Shown piece by piece: positions 27,534 to 37,355 of a stretch of 64,000 nt of DNA (the stretch's first letter is position 1; every line of letters begins with the position of its first letter). Below the pieces are notes generated by a model. That model ran no database searches. It saw only the letters and a list, made by a program, of their open reading frames with translations, and had not been told where the DNA came from. The stretch is taken from positions 1,158 through 65,157 of the forward strand of contig CAMKAU010000002.1 in NCBI GenBank assembly GCA_946410595.1. The letters run 5' to 3'. Source of the stretch: an uncultured Clostridia bacterium. GTDB taxonomy: Bacteria > Bacillota > Clostridia > Oscillospirales > CAG-272. The position numbers were made by a program, and so were the translations under genes.

Positions 27534-29270
27534 ATGAGCCCGACCGAAACGGCAATGAAAAACTACGAAAGATGGCTCTCCTGCGACAAGCTCGACCCCG
27601 AAACGCGCGCCGAGCTGGAGAGCATCCGGGGAAACGAGGAGGAGATCCTCGGACGGTTCTCCGGCTCCCTTACCTTCGGGACCGCGGGTCTGCGCGGCGT
27701 GATGGCGGCGGGGACCGCCCGCCTCAACCGCTACACCGTCGCCCAGGCGACGCAGGGACTGGCGCGGCTGATCAAGAAAAAGCGCGCCTCGGCGCGGGGC
27801 GTGGCGATCGCCTACGACTCCCGCAACCATTCGCGCGAATACGCGGAGATCGCGGCGCGGGTCCTTGCCGGCAACCGCATCAAGGTCTATCTCTTTGACG
27901 ACCTGCGGCCGACGCCGGAGCTCTCCTTTGCCTTGCGCTATCTCTCCTGCATCGCGGGCATCAATATCACCGCAAGCCACAATTCCAAGGAGTATAACGG
28001 CTACAAGGCCTACTGGGAGGACGGCGCCCAGCTCCCGCCCGACCACGCCGCCGACGTGGCCGCCGAGATCGACGAGATCGACGTTTTCGACGGCGTGAAG
28101 CTGGCGAACTACAAACGCGCGCTCGCCTCCGGCCGGATCGAGCTGATCGGGCAAAAGATCGACCGTGCCTACCTGCGGCGCGTTTTAGCGGAGCGCGTAT
28201 GCCCTCCGGGGATCGACGAGGCGGCAAAGGATCTGAAGATCGTCTATTCCCCCCTGCACGGCGCCGGCTGGAAGCTCGTTCCCCGCGTCTTCCGCCGGAT
28301 GGGGATCGGCAGCGTGGAGATCGTCCCCGAGCAGGCAAAGCCGGACGGCAACTTCCCCTCCGTGAAAAAGCCGAACCCGGAGCTGGCCGAGGTCTTCGTT
28401 CCCGGGATCGCGCTGGCGGAACAGGTCGGCGCGGATCTCGTGATCGCGACCGACCCCGATTCCGACCGCGTCGGCGTGATGAGCCGCGGCAAAGACGGGA
28501 AATTCGCCCGCATCTCCGGCAACGCGATGGGCGCTCTGCTGCTTGATTATATCCTAACGGCGATGAAGGCGACGGGCGGGATCCCCGCGGACGCCTACGC
28601 CGTCAAGACGATCGTTTCCACCGAGCTTTTCTCCGAGATCGCCAAACAGAACGGCGTGAAGGTCTACAACGTGCTGACCGGCTTCAAGTTCATCGGAGAG
28701 GTCATCAAAAAGCACGAAAAGGCCGGGAACGGGACCTATATCCTCGGCTTTGAGGAAAGCTACGGCTATCTCAAAGGCACCTACGCCCGCGACAAGGACG
28801 CGGTCTGCGCCTCGATGCTGATCGCGGAGATGGCGGCCTTTTACCGGCAGAAACAAATGACCCTGCTCGACGCGCTGGAGGATCTCTCCCGGCGCTACGG
28901 GTACTACGCCGAGCACACCGAAAACCTGGACTTTTCCGGCGCGGACGCGGCAAAACAGATGGCGGCCGTGACCGCCTCCCTCCGCCGCCGACCGCCGGAG
29001 GAGATCGCGGGGTCGAAGGTCGTTTCGGTCGGGGATTACCTCGCCGGAACGCTGACCGACCTCAAAACGGGCAAGCAGGACAAAACGAACCTCCCCTCCT
29101 CCGATGTGCTGCGTTACGAAACGGAGAGCGGGGACGTGATCCTCGTCCGTCCCTCCGGCACCGAGCCGAAGGTCAAGGTCTATCTGCTCGTTTCCGCGAA
29201 GACGAAACCCGCCCTTGAGAAAAAGCTCGCCGCCTGCCGCGCGGCGATCCCCGCCCTCGTCCGGGCGTAA
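27534..29270 (+). CDS. Phosphoglucomutase / phospho-sugar mutase
   Basis: Active-site loop TASHNSKEYNGYK, Mg site ATDPDSDR, and GFEESYGY. The ATG at 27534 lies 5 nt after AGGAG. Confidence 0.9.
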   Translation: MSPTETAMKNYERWLSCDKLDPETRAELESIRGNEEEILGRFSGSLTFGTAGLRGVMAAGTARLNRYTVAQATQGLARLIKKKRASARGVAIAYDSRNHSREYAEIAARVLAGNRIKVYLFDDLRPTPELSFALRYLSCIAGINITASHNSKEYNGYKAYWEDGAQLPPDHAADVAAEIDEIDVFDGVKLANYKRALASGRIELIGQKIDRAYLRRVLAERVCPPGIDEAAKDLKIVYSPLHGAGWKLVPRVFRRMGIGSVEIVPEQAKPDGNFPSVKKPNPELAEVFVPGIALAEQVGADLVIATDPDSDRVGVMSRGKDGKFARISGNAMGALLLDYILTAMKATGGIPADAYAVKTIVSTELFSEIAKQNGVKVYNVLTGFKFIGEVIKKHEKAGNGTYILGFEESYGYLKGTYARDKDAVCASMLIAEMAAFYRQKQMTLLDALEDLSRRYGYYAEHTENLDFSGADAAKQMAAVTASLRRRPPEEIAGSKVVSVGDYLAGTLTDLKTGKQDKTNLPSSDVLRYETESGDVILVRPSGTEPKVKVYLLVSAKTKPALEKKLAACRAAIPALVRA

Positions 29271-29282
29271 AAAACGGCAAAC

Positions 29283-29314
29283 AAAAAAAGAGCGGAGCGA
29301 TCCGCTCTTTTTTT
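29283..29314. terminator. Bidirectional intrinsic terminator
   Basis: aaaaaaagagcgga-gcga-tccgctcttttttt, between convergent genes. Confidence 0.65.
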
Positions 29315-29373
29315 CGTCACGCGCTCTCTCCCCTCTTTGGCTTCTTTTTTCAAAACGGTCCCGGACCGCGGGA

Positions 29374-29895
29374 TCAAAAAAGGAGCAAATCGGTATCCGA
29401 GGCGACGGTGAGAAGATAGGAAACGCCGTTTGCCTCCACCGTTTTCGTCTTCGTTTTGTGGCCGGGAACGGGGTCCTCCCCGTAAAAGGGCTTTGCGCCG
29501 AACGCTTTGAACGCCGCTTCCCGCCGCGTCCAGAAGCGGAAAAAGGCGACCCCGCTCGGATCCCGCGCGGCGTACACGCTCCCCCGCTCGCCCGCAAAAA
29601 AGCGGCGGAGCAGCGCGCGGTCCCGGGCGGTGAGGGGGCGCAGGCGCTCCGCGTCGATCCCGACGGGAGCGTCCGACCACGCGGCGGCGGCCAGCCCCTT
29701 TGTGTGGGTAAAGCTGACGTACGGCGCCTCCCCCGCGAGGAACGGGCGTCCGTTTGCGTCCTTTGCGAGGGTGGCGAACGCTTCCCCGCCCCGCTCCTCC
29801 CCGAGCGCGGAAACGAGGATCTCCGAAAGCAGCCCGCGCGCCGCGGCGGAGGCGTCCTCGCCGGGGGAAAGGGCGCGGAAAGCGATCTCAAGCAT
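29374..29895 (-). CDS. 4'-phosphopantetheinyl transferase (Sfp type)
   Basis: 173 aa with GIDAE and FWTRREAAFKA motifs. Overlaps the upstream glycosyltransferase (GT) stop by 8 nt. Confidence 0.75.
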   Translation of the reverse strand: MLEIAFRALSPGEDASAAARGLLSEILVSALGEERGGEAFATLAKDANGRPFLAGEAPYVSFTHTKGLAAAAWSDAPVGIDAERLRPLTARDRALLRRFFAGERGSVYAARDPSGVAFFRFWTRREAAFKAFGAKPFYGEDPVPGHKTKTKTVEANGVSYLLTVASDTDLLLF

Positions 29896-30619
29896 GGCTC
29901 TGTTCTTTCATTTTTTTCTTTACCCGGCGGCGGATCTTCAGGATATCGCCGAACATCTTAACGCTGTCGCCGACGAGCCGGATCTTCGACTCGCCGTGCA
30001 CAAGGACCCGGATGGGCATTTCCTTTACCTTCATCTTCATCCGGGCGGCGTAGGAGAGCGCCTCGAAATCAAAGGCGAAACGGTCGGTCTCGCAGAGCGG
30101 AAAGATCCGCTCCGCCGCGCGGGCGGAAAAGCCCTTGAAGCCGGACTGGGAATCGGAAAACCGGAAGCCGCCGAGCGTGCGCAAAAGCCCGAGATAGGCC
30201 TTGGAGGCGAGGCGGCGGGGAAAGGTATAGCCCTCGTAGCCGTCCTTTGCCAGCCGCCGGGAGCCGATCACGAGATCGACGGAGGGGTCCGCCTCCCACA
30301 GAGAGAACGCCTCCCCGATCACCTCCGTCCCGTAGGCGAGGTCGGTATCGGTGAAAAGGCGGAACGCCCCCTCGGCCGCCAGCATCCCCGTACGCACGGC
30401 ATACCCTTTGCCGCGGTTCTCCCCGTAGCCGAGGAGCCGGACGTTGGGCAGCGCGAGGGCGGCGAGCAGTTCCCCGCAGCCGTCTGTGCTGCCGTCGTCG
30501 ACGAAAAGGATCTCGCACTCGGAGGAGTAGTTCTTTTCGCAATACGCGGAAAGAGCCCTCGCCGACTGCTCGACGATCTTTTTTTCATTATACATCGGGA
30601 TAATGATCGAGTATTTCAT
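29888..30619 (-). CDS. Family-2 glycosyltransferase (polyprenol-phosphate sugar transferase-like)
   Basis: Trimmed to the ATG at 30619 (MKYSIIIPMYNEKKIV...FVDDGSTDG...DTD). The track ORF extends to 31219 through an Arg/Gly-rich frame that overlaps rlmA. Confidence 0.85.
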   Translation of the reverse strand: MKYSIIIPMYNEKKIVEQSARALSAYCEKNYSSECEILFVDDGSTDGCGELLAALALPNVRLLGYGENRGKGYAVRTGMLAAEGAFRLFTDTDLAYGTEVIGEAFSLWEADPSVDLVIGSRRLAKDGYEGYTFPRRLASKAYLGLLRTLGGFRFSDSQSGFKGFSARAAERIFPLCETDRFAFDFEALSYAARMKMKVKEMPIRVLVHGESKIRLVGDSVKMFGDILKIRRRVKKKMKEQSHA

Positions 30620-31422
30620 TTCGTTGCCTCGCAGCGATAAAGATCGAAAGAGAAGGTCACGCTCAACTCGGACAGAGCCGCCAGTTTTGCCTCGCTCTCC
30701 GGGGAGGAGCGGCGGCAGTAGGGCGTCATCCGGTAGAGGGAGAGGAGCGCGTCCCGCGGGAGAGTACGGGAAAAGGTGAGCGTTTCTTTTTCCAGCGGGA
30801 CGTCGGGGAGATCGGCGCGGGGGGCGTTTGGGCGCACCGTGTCGTAAAGCGCCGCCTTCAGTTCGCGCAAATGCTCCGCGCCCGCGGCGGCGACAAGGAG
30901 CGTTCCGCCCGGACGGAGCACGCGGAAAAACTCTTTTTCCGCGACCGGCGCGAAGACCGAAAAAACGGCGTCGACGGAGCGGTCCGCGAGCGGGAGAGAA
31001 TAGACCGACGCGACCGAAAACAGGGTGTTCTCCAGCCCCTCGGCGCGCGCGAGCTTCGCCGCCCGGGAGACCGCCTTTTTCGAGAGATCGAACCCGTAGA
31101 GAAAGGCGCAGCGCCCGGCCGCCGCGACCGAGTAAAACCCCTCGCCGCAGCCGGCGTCCGCCACGGCGCCGAGGCCGTCCGCCGCCTCCGCGAGCCGCTC
31201 GGCGAGCGGCGCGTACCATCCCGCGCGAAGAAACGCGGAGCGGGCGGCGACCATATCGGGCGGGTCGCCGCTGACCGGCCGGTAACCGCCGCCCGCCAGA
31301 TTGACGGTGCCGTCGGCGCCCCGGTCAAAGGAGTGGATCCGTCCCCGCGCCCCGGCGCAGACGAACGTGCGTTCCCCCGCGGCGAGCGGCTCCCCGCAGA
31401 CGGGGCAGATCAGCGCCGTCAC
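30616..31422 (-). CDS. rlmA: 23S rRNA (guanine-N1)-methyltransferase RlmA-like
   Basis: N-terminal Zn motif CPVCGEPL...FVC...HSFD, and SAM motif VADAGCGEGFY. Confidence 0.75.
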   Translation of the reverse strand: MTALICPVCGEPLAAGERTFVCAGARGRIHSFDRGADGTVNLAGGGYRPVSGDPPDMVAARSAFLRAGWYAPLAERLAEAADGLGAVADAGCGEGFYSVAAAGRCAFLYGFDLSKKAVSRAAKLARAEGLENTLFSVASVYSLPLADRSVDAVFSVFAPVAEKEFFRVLRPGGTLLVAAAGAEHLRELKAALYDTVRPNAPRADLPDVPLEKETLTFSRTLPRDALLSLYRMTPYCRRSSPESEAKLAALSELSVTFSFDLYRCEATK

Positions 31423-32411
31423 CGTTCGATCCGGATCAGCTTTGCCTGCAGACTGTAGCGGCCGTCGGTGGTCACGTTGGTGCAGGTGGAAAGCGTCAGG
31501 ATCCGGTCCCCCGGGGCGAAGGTCACGTCCGTTTCATAGAGGGAGTTTTCCTTCATCCGTTCGGCAAAGGCGATAAAGTCCGCGTCGGACGAAAAATAGA
31601 TCTGGAAATAGTTATAGTCGGCCACGGTGCGGAAAAAGGAGAAGGGCTGATAGACGTAAAGCCCGTTCAGGGTGTAGAGATAGATCAGGTGGGTGCGGAA
31701 GAACTCCGCGTCGTTGAACTTGATCAGCTCGTGGAACATCCGGCCGGTCGTCATATTGTGGCCGTAGAGGACGGTATTGCGGTTATATTCGATCCCGCGC
31801 CGGTCGTTCCGGTAATCGGCAAAGATCGAGCCGTGGTCGAGATACCCGCGGTTCTCCGGGTCGTGGTGCAGGTAAAAATCGTTGTCGTAGCTGATGGTAA
31901 CGGGATAGCTGATATTGGTGTCCTCGATCCGGATAAAGGCGTAGATATCCGGGTTTTTCGCTTTCAGCTCGGCAAGGCGCGCCTGCACGCGGGCGAGCAG
32001 CACGTTCTGCACCGCGACCTCCGGCACCCCGCTCTCCTCCCCGGAGAGCTTGCGCGCAAGCAGCTCGCTTTGGCTGTATAAGAGAGAGGCGGAGCTGCCG
32101 GGAGAGAGCGGCTCGATCCCGTCCGACTCCCCGGAAACCTCCGGCTCGTCAAAGAGCCCCGCGGCGATCCGGTCGTAGAGATCGGCGGAACGCCGGGTGT
32201 CAAAGGCGCCGCGCACGAGCAGCCCGATGCAGACGGCGAAGACGGCGAGGCAGCCGATCAGCATCGCGTCGTAAACGCCGAACTTCCGTTTCCGTTTTTT
32301 CGGCGCCGCGGGGGAAAGCTCCTCCGGGCGAACCTGGTCGAGCGAATCGAGAAAAACGCCCCGGGAGGAAGGACCGCGGCTTTTTTCGGTATGGATCTTA
32401 CGGATCGGCAT
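31419..32411 (-). CDS. srtB: Class B sortase
   Basis: 330 aa with an N-terminal TM, TNISYPV, YLHHD, YGHNM and catalytic LSTC. Confidence 0.85.
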   Translation of the reverse strand: MPIRKIHTEKSRGPSSRGVFLDSLDQVRPEELSPAAPKKRKRKFGVYDAMLIGCLAVFAVCIGLLVRGAFDTRRSADLYDRIAAGLFDEPEVSGESDGIEPLSPGSSASLLYSQSELLARKLSGEESGVPEVAVQNVLLARVQARLAELKAKNPDIYAFIRIEDTNISYPVTISYDNDFYLHHDPENRGYLDHGSIFADYRNDRRGIEYNRNTVLYGHNMTTGRMFHELIKFNDAEFFRTHLIYLYTLNGLYVYQPFSFFRTVADYNYFQIYFSSDADFIAFAERMKENSLYETDVTFAPGDRILTLSTCTNVTTDGRYSLQAKLIRIER

Positions 32412-32437
32412 AAGCCCCTCCTGTTCCTCCCGGTTTT

Positions 32438-34315
32438 TTACCGTTTGACCGCGCGGATCACGTCCGCGGCGGAGATGCCGAGCGTTTCGTACAGCGGCCG
32501 GCCGAGCTCGCCGGCGGAAAACGCGTCCCCGATCGCAAGGATCTCCGTGCGTTTCCCCGCGATCCGTTCGGGCGCGCGGCGGGCGAGCGCGTCAAAGAAC
32601 ATCATGCCGGCGCCGCCCGAGCGGACGCCCTCTTCCAGAAAGAGCAGGGTCTCCGCCTCCGGCGGCAGGAGCGGCAGCGCCGCGTCGACGGCGTTCTCGC
32701 AGGGTTTGAGCGTTTCGAGCAGGATCACGCAAAGCCCGATCCCTTCTTTGGCCAGCTCCCGCTGCGCCTTCAGCGCCTCGGCGGCGATCCTGCCGTAGGT
32801 AAACACGACGGCGCGGGAGGGTAGATTTTCGGCGAGGGCGCGGCGCGGCCCCAGCGCCTTTCCCTCTTTTGAAAAGAAGGCGGCGAGGATCTCGGGGTCC
32901 TCCCCCGCGTTGGGGTAGCGGATGGCGACCGGCCCCTCCGCCTGAGCGGCGGCCGAAAGCGCGGCGCCGAGCGAAGCGAAGGAAGCGGGCGCGTAAAGGG
33001 TAAAGCGCGGGATCTCCGAGAGAAACGCCACGTCAAAGATCCCGTGGTGGGTCGGTCCGTCCGCCGCGGCGAGCCCCGCCCGGTCGATACAGAGGGTAAC
33101 CGGGAGCCGCTGGAGGGCGATATCGTGGATCAGACTGTCGTAGGAGCGCTGCAGAAAGGAGGAATAGACCGCGAAAAACGGCCGCTTCCCCGCCGCGGCG
33201 AGCCCGGCGCAGAAGGTGGCGGCGTGCTCCTCCGCGATGCCGACGTCAAAAAAACGCTCCGGCAGTTCGCGGGAAAAAGGCGAGAGGCCGGTGGAGTCCG
33301 TCATGGAAGCGGTCACGGCGCAGAGATCGGCGTTCTCCCGCGCAAGCGCAAGGAGCCGCTCCCCCATCTCCGCCGAATAGTTGCGCACGGGGACGGCCCC
33401 GGCGGGCGGAACGCCGTGGAAGCGCTCCGGGTGCTTTTCCGCCTCGGGATAGCCCTTGCCCTTCGTCGTTTTGAGGTGGACGATCACGCTCTCCCCTTTG
33501 TTTTTCGCCGCGCGCAGCAGCCGCTCGACGGTGCGGTAGTGGTTGCCGTTGGCGGGTCCGAGGTAAAAGAGCCCGATCTCCTCGAAATAGTTGGAGGAAA
33601 AGAGCATATTTTTCAGGCGCTTTTTCACCCCGCGGAGCAGAACGTAGAGAGGGCGCCCGATCAGAGGAAGTTTTTTCAGGGCTTTCTGCGTGCGGCTCTT
33701 GGTACGCAGGTAGTTGGGAGAGGAACGGATCCGCGCGATCGAGGCGGCAAAGCGCCCGATGTTCGGACCGATGGACATTTCGTTTTCGTTGAGGACGATG
33801 ACGAGATTGAGATCGCCCCGGCAGTTGTTGAGCGCTTCGTGGATCATCCCGCCGGTGAACGCCCCGTCCCCGACAACGGCGACGCTGAACGCGTCCGACC
33901 CGGAGAGCTTGTCCGCCTCCGCGAACCCGACGGCGGCGCTGACGGAGGTGGAGCTGTGCCCGGCGCCGAACGCGTCGTACTCGCTCTCCTCCCGGCGGGT
34001 AAAGCCGGAAAGGCCGCCCGGCTGACGGAGGGTGGAAAACGCCTCTCCCCGTCCGGTGAGCAGCTTGTGGATATAGCTTTGATGTCCCACGTCGAAGATG
34101 ATATGGTCGTGCGGACAGTCGAACACGCGGTGCAGCGCGATCGAGAGCTCCACGACGCCGAGATTGGAGGCGAGGTGGCCGCCCGTTTCGGTAACGTGTT
34201 CGATGAGAAAGGCGCGGATCTCGTCGGCCAGCGCGGGCAGATCCGCCTCCCGCATGGCTTTCAGATCGGCGGGAGAATGGATCCGGGATAAAAGAGGATA
34301 TTTTTGATCTTCCAT
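32438..34315 (-). CDS. dxs: 1-deoxy-D-xylulose-5-phosphate synthase
   Basis: Trimmed to the ATG at 34315 (MEDQKYPLLSRIHSPADLK), with GGHLASNLG, GHQSYIHK, DGAFTGGM and DRAGLAAADGPTHHG. Confidence 0.95.
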   Translation of the reverse strand: MEDQKYPLLSRIHSPADLKAMREADLPALADEIRAFLIEHVTETGGHLASNLGVVELSIALHRVFDCPHDHIIFDVGHQSYIHKLLTGRGEAFSTLRQPGGLSGFTRREESEYDAFGAGHSSTSVSAAVGFAEADKLSGSDAFSVAVVGDGAFTGGMIHEALNNCRGDLNLVIVLNENEMSIGPNIGRFAASIARIRSSPNYLRTKSRTQKALKKLPLIGRPLYVLLRGVKKRLKNMLFSSNYFEEIGLFYLGPANGNHYRTVERLLRAAKNKGESVIVHLKTTKGKGYPEAEKHPERFHGVPPAGAVPVRNYSAEMGERLLALARENADLCAVTASMTDSTGLSPFSRELPERFFDVGIAEEHAATFCAGLAAAGKRPFFAVYSSFLQRSYDSLIHDIALQRLPVTLCIDRAGLAAADGPTHHGIFDVAFLSEIPRFTLYAPASFASLGAALSAAAQAEGPVAIRYPNAGEDPEILAAFFSKEGKALGPRRALAENLPSRAVVFTYGRIAAEALKAQRELAKEGIGLCVILLETLKPCENAVDAALPLLPPEAETLLFLEEGVRSGGAGMMFFDALARRAPERIAGKRTEILAIGDAFSAGELGRPLYETLGISAADVIRAVKR

Positions 34316-34340
34316 ATTTTTCTCCGTTCTTATCCCTATT

Positions 34341-34369
34341 AGTATATCACGCTCTTTTGCCGATTGCAA
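34341..34369 (-). promoter_or_regulatory. dxs promoter
   Basis: On the minus strand: TTGCAA (34369-34364), 17-nt spacer, TGaTATACT (-10 at 34346-34341). Confidence 0.5.
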
Positions 34370-34406
34370 GGGAGAAAAAGCAGGAAACGGCGGCGCCCGA
34401 AAAACC

Positions 34407-34435
34407 TTGCAATATCTTTCCCGTTATGGTAAAAT
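34407..34435 (+). promoter_or_regulatory. Promoter of the FAD-protein gene
   Basis: TTGCAA (34407-34412), 17-nt spacer, TAAAAT (34430-34435). Confidence 0.5.
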
Positions 34436-34469
34436 AAACCGTACGATCAAAATCGAAAGGATGATTGCC

Positions 34470-35876
34470 ATGAAAACCGATACCGTGATCGTCGGCGCGG
34501 GGCCCGCCGGCATTTTTACCGCTCTCGAGATGCTGCGGCGCGGCAGCCGGCAGAAGATCGTGATCGTGGAAAAGGGGCGGCGCGTGGAAGACCGCAGCTG
34601 CCCGAAAAAGATCACCGGCAAATGCATGAACTGCAAGCCCTACTGCCATATCACCACCGGCTTTTCCGGCGCCGGCGCCTTCTCCGACGGCAAACTCTCC
34701 CTCTCCCCCGAGGTGGGCGGCGATCTGCCGCAGCTCGTCGGCTGGGACAAGGTAAAGGAAACGATCGACTACGCCGACTCGATCTATCTCGAGTTCGGCG
34801 CGGACGAACGGATCGAGGGGCTGGAAGACTGCCCCGAAAAAAAGGAGATCCGCCGCCGCGCGATCAGCGCGGGCCTGCATCTCGTCGACTGCCCGATCCG
34901 GCATCTCGGCACCGAATGCGCACGGGATCTCTATCTTGCGATCCAGAACAAGCTGCTCGCCTCCGGCGTGGAGATCCTCTTCGGCACCGAATGTACCGAC
35001 CTGCTTCTCCGCGACAAGACGTGCTGCGGCGTTACGGTCCGCGGCGCGCACGGGGAGGAGGATCTCCTCGCCGACAACGTGGTCGTGGCGACGGGGCGGC
35101 GCGGCTCCGAGTGGCTGGAGAACCTGTGCGCCGAGCACGGGATCGCGCACGACCCCGGCACCGTGGACATCGGCGTGCGGGTCGAGGTGCGCAACGAGGT
35201 GATGGAGACGGTCAACAAGGTCCTCTACGAATCGAAGCTGATCGGCTATCCGAAGCCCTATAAAAACAAAACCCGGACCTTCTGCCAGAATCCGGGCGGC
35301 TTTGTCAGCCAGGAAAATTACGATAACGACCTCGCCGTGGTCAACGGCCACTCCTATAAGGAGCTGAAGACCGACAATACCAACCTGGCGATCCTCTGCT
35401 CCCACAATTTCAACTCCCCCTTCAACCAGCCGATCGCCTACGCGCAGAAGGTCGGAGAGCTGACGAATATGCTCGCCAACGGCCATATCCTCGTGCAGCG
35501 CTTCGGCGATATCCTCGACGGCAAGCGCACCTGGCCGAAGGAGCTTGCCCAGTCCAATCTCCGCCCCACCCTGCCGGACGCCGTGGCGGGCGATATCACG
35601 GCGGCGATGCCCTACCGCGCGATGACGAATATCATCAACTTCATTATCGCGATGGACACGGTCGTCCCCGGCTTTGCCGCGGTGGAAACGCTGCTCTACT
35701 CCCCCGAGCTGAAGTTTTACTCCAACCGCATCCGGATGAACGCCGATCTTGATACCGAGATCAAGGGGCTGCACTGCCTCGGCGACTCGAGCGGCTGGAC
35801 GCGGGGGCTGATGATGTCCTCGGTGATGGGCGTTCTGATGGGGCGCGCCCTCGCCGAGCGGGAACGGAACGCCTGA
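34470..35876 (+). CDS. FAD-dependent protein (COG2509-type NAD(FAD)-utilising dehydrogenase)
   Basis: MKTDTVIVGAGPAGIF dinucleotide fold. The start is chosen 9 nt after AAAGG; in-frame alternatives lie at 34407 and 34461. Confidence 0.8.
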   Translation: MKTDTVIVGAGPAGIFTALEMLRRGSRQKIVIVEKGRRVEDRSCPKKITGKCMNCKPYCHITTGFSGAGAFSDGKLSLSPEVGGDLPQLVGWDKVKETIDYADSIYLEFGADERIEGLEDCPEKKEIRRRAISAGLHLVDCPIRHLGTECARDLYLAIQNKLLASGVEILFGTECTDLLLRDKTCCGVTVRGAHGEEDLLADNVVVATGRRGSEWLENLCAEHGIAHDPGTVDIGVRVEVRNEVMETVNKVLYESKLIGYPKPYKNKTRTFCQNPGGFVSQENYDNDLAVVNGHSYKELKTDNTNLAILCSHNFNSPFNQPIAYAQKVGELTNMLANGHILVQRFGDILDGKRTWPKELAQSNLRPTLPDAVAGDITAAMPYRAMTNIINFIIAMDTVVPGFAAVETLLYSPELKFYSNRIRMNADLDTEIKGLHCLGDSSGWTRGLMMSSVMGVLMGRALAERERNA

Positions 35877-35889
35877 CGCCCCGCCGGCT

Positions 35890-36813
35890 TTACAGCCGGC
35901 CGAGCAGGGCGAATACCGCCGGGATCGTCAGCAAACTGACCAGATTGGAGATAAAGCAGAGCCGCGCGCCGGTGGTACTGTCCCCGCCGAACGCCTCCGG
36001 GAAGACGACGCTGTTGAGCCCGAAGGGCATGGCGACGGTGGCGACGGACACGAGGATGATCTCCCGGTCGACGGAAAGGAGCAGCATCGCGCCGAGCACG
36101 ATGCCGGGGAGCGCGAGCCCCCGGATCGCGGCCGCCGCGTACGCCCGCCCCTCGGTAAAGATCGGCTTCAGCGGAACGCCGCCCAGCACCACGCCGGTCA
36201 GGATCATCGCCGCGGGCGACATACAGTTTTTCGCGGCGTTCGCCGCGCTGTCGAGAAAACCGGGCAGCCGGAGCCCGCAAAGGCCGAAGACCATTCCGGC
36301 GGCGATCGAGATCATAATGGGATTGACGATCTTTTTCAAACTCCACTCCCGGTCCGGGTTGAGCAGATACATTCCGTAGGTATAGATCACGAGATTGAAG
36401 GGGAGGGCGAAGATCATCATCCGGAAGAGCGCCGTTTCCCCGAATACGCTTTCCACCAGCGGATATCCCATATACCCGATATTCGGGATGAGAAAGCTGT
36501 ACCGGTAAAGGTTCCGCCGGTATCCTTTTTCGGCGAACAGGCAGGAAAGCGGAAGGGCGAGGAGAAGCATCCCCGCCGCCACCGCGATCCCGGCGAGGAT
36601 AAACGGGGCGTTCTCCGCCATCGTCTCTACGGTAAAGTGCGCGGAAAAGGTCTGGAAGCAGACGGCGGGCAGGAATACGTTGACCTCCAGCGCGGAGAGC
36701 GCCTTGCCCATATCGCTGCCGCCGATCCGTTTTTTGCGCAGAAAAAAGCCGATCAGCATCAGCGTAAACATCATCATAACCTGCGAAACCGTCAGGGAAA
36801 AAACCTTCAGCAT
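35890..36813 (-). CDS. AEC (auxin efflux carrier) family transporter
   Basis: 307 aa, about 10 TM, with a typical N-terminus (VMMMFTLMLIGFFLRKKRI). Confidence 0.8.
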   Translation of the reverse strand: MLKVFSLTVSQVMMMFTLMLIGFFLRKKRIGGSDMGKALSALEVNVFLPAVCFQTFSAHFTVETMAENAPFILAGIAVAAGMLLLALPLSCLFAEKGYRRNLYRYSFLIPNIGYMGYPLVESVFGETALFRMMIFALPFNLVIYTYGMYLLNPDREWSLKKIVNPIMISIAAGMVFGLCGLRLPGFLDSAANAAKNCMSPAAMILTGVVLGGVPLKPIFTEGRAYAAAAIRGLALPGIVLGAMLLLSVDREIILVSVATVAMPFGLNSVVFPEAFGGDSTTGARLCFISNLVSLLTIPAVFALLGRL

Positions 36814-36919
36814 GGAACACTCCTCCTGTTTTTACCGGACGATTATAGCACACCGGTTTTCATTCTTCAACCGCTTTTGCAAATCTTTGTAAAAATCCCT
36901 TTTTTCCGGAGTAAAAACC

Positions 36920-37351
36920 ATGAAAATCACAACCAAGGGTCGGTACGCTCTGCGGATGATGCTCGATCTGGCGGAGCGCCAGGGCGAGGGGTTCGTCCCT
37001 CTCAAGGAGATCGGCGAGCGGCAAAACCTCTCCAAAAAGTATCTGGAGCAGATCGTGCCCGTCCTCACCGCCGCGGGATGGCTCACGGCGGGCCGGGGCG
37101 TTTCGGGCGGGTACCGGCTGACCATGGACCCCTCCGCCTACACGGTCGGAGAGCTGCTCAAGCTGACGGAGGGCGGGCTTGCCCCCGTCGCCTGTCTTGA
37201 ATCGCCGGAAAACCGCTGCCCGCGCTGCGCGGACTGCCGGACCCTGCCGGTCTGGATGGGGCTGGAAAAGGTGATCCGCGACTATCTGGACGGGATCACC
37301 CTGCGCGATATTCTCGACGGCCGCGCAGCCGGCGCGGACCGCCCCGTGTAA
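36920..37351 (+). CDS. Rrf2 family transcriptional regulator (three C-terminal Cys: possible Fe-S sensor)
   Basis: MKITTKGRYALRMMLDLA winged helix, with a C-terminal CLESPENRCPRCADC. Confidence 0.9.
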   Translation: MKITTKGRYALRMMLDLAERQGEGFVPLKEIGERQNLSKKYLEQIVPVLTAAGWLTAGRGVSGGYRLTMDPSAYTVGELLKLTEGGLAPVACLESPENRCPRCADCRTLPVWMGLEKVIRDYLDGITLRDILDGRAAGADRPV

Positions 37352-37355
37352 CGCG

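Noticed and set aside
29888-31219. The 443-aa version of the glycosyltransferase ORF
   Set aside because: The first roughly 200 residues are Arg/Gly/Pro-rich and overlap rlmA in another frame. The real start is the ATG at 30619, which overlaps the rlmA stop.
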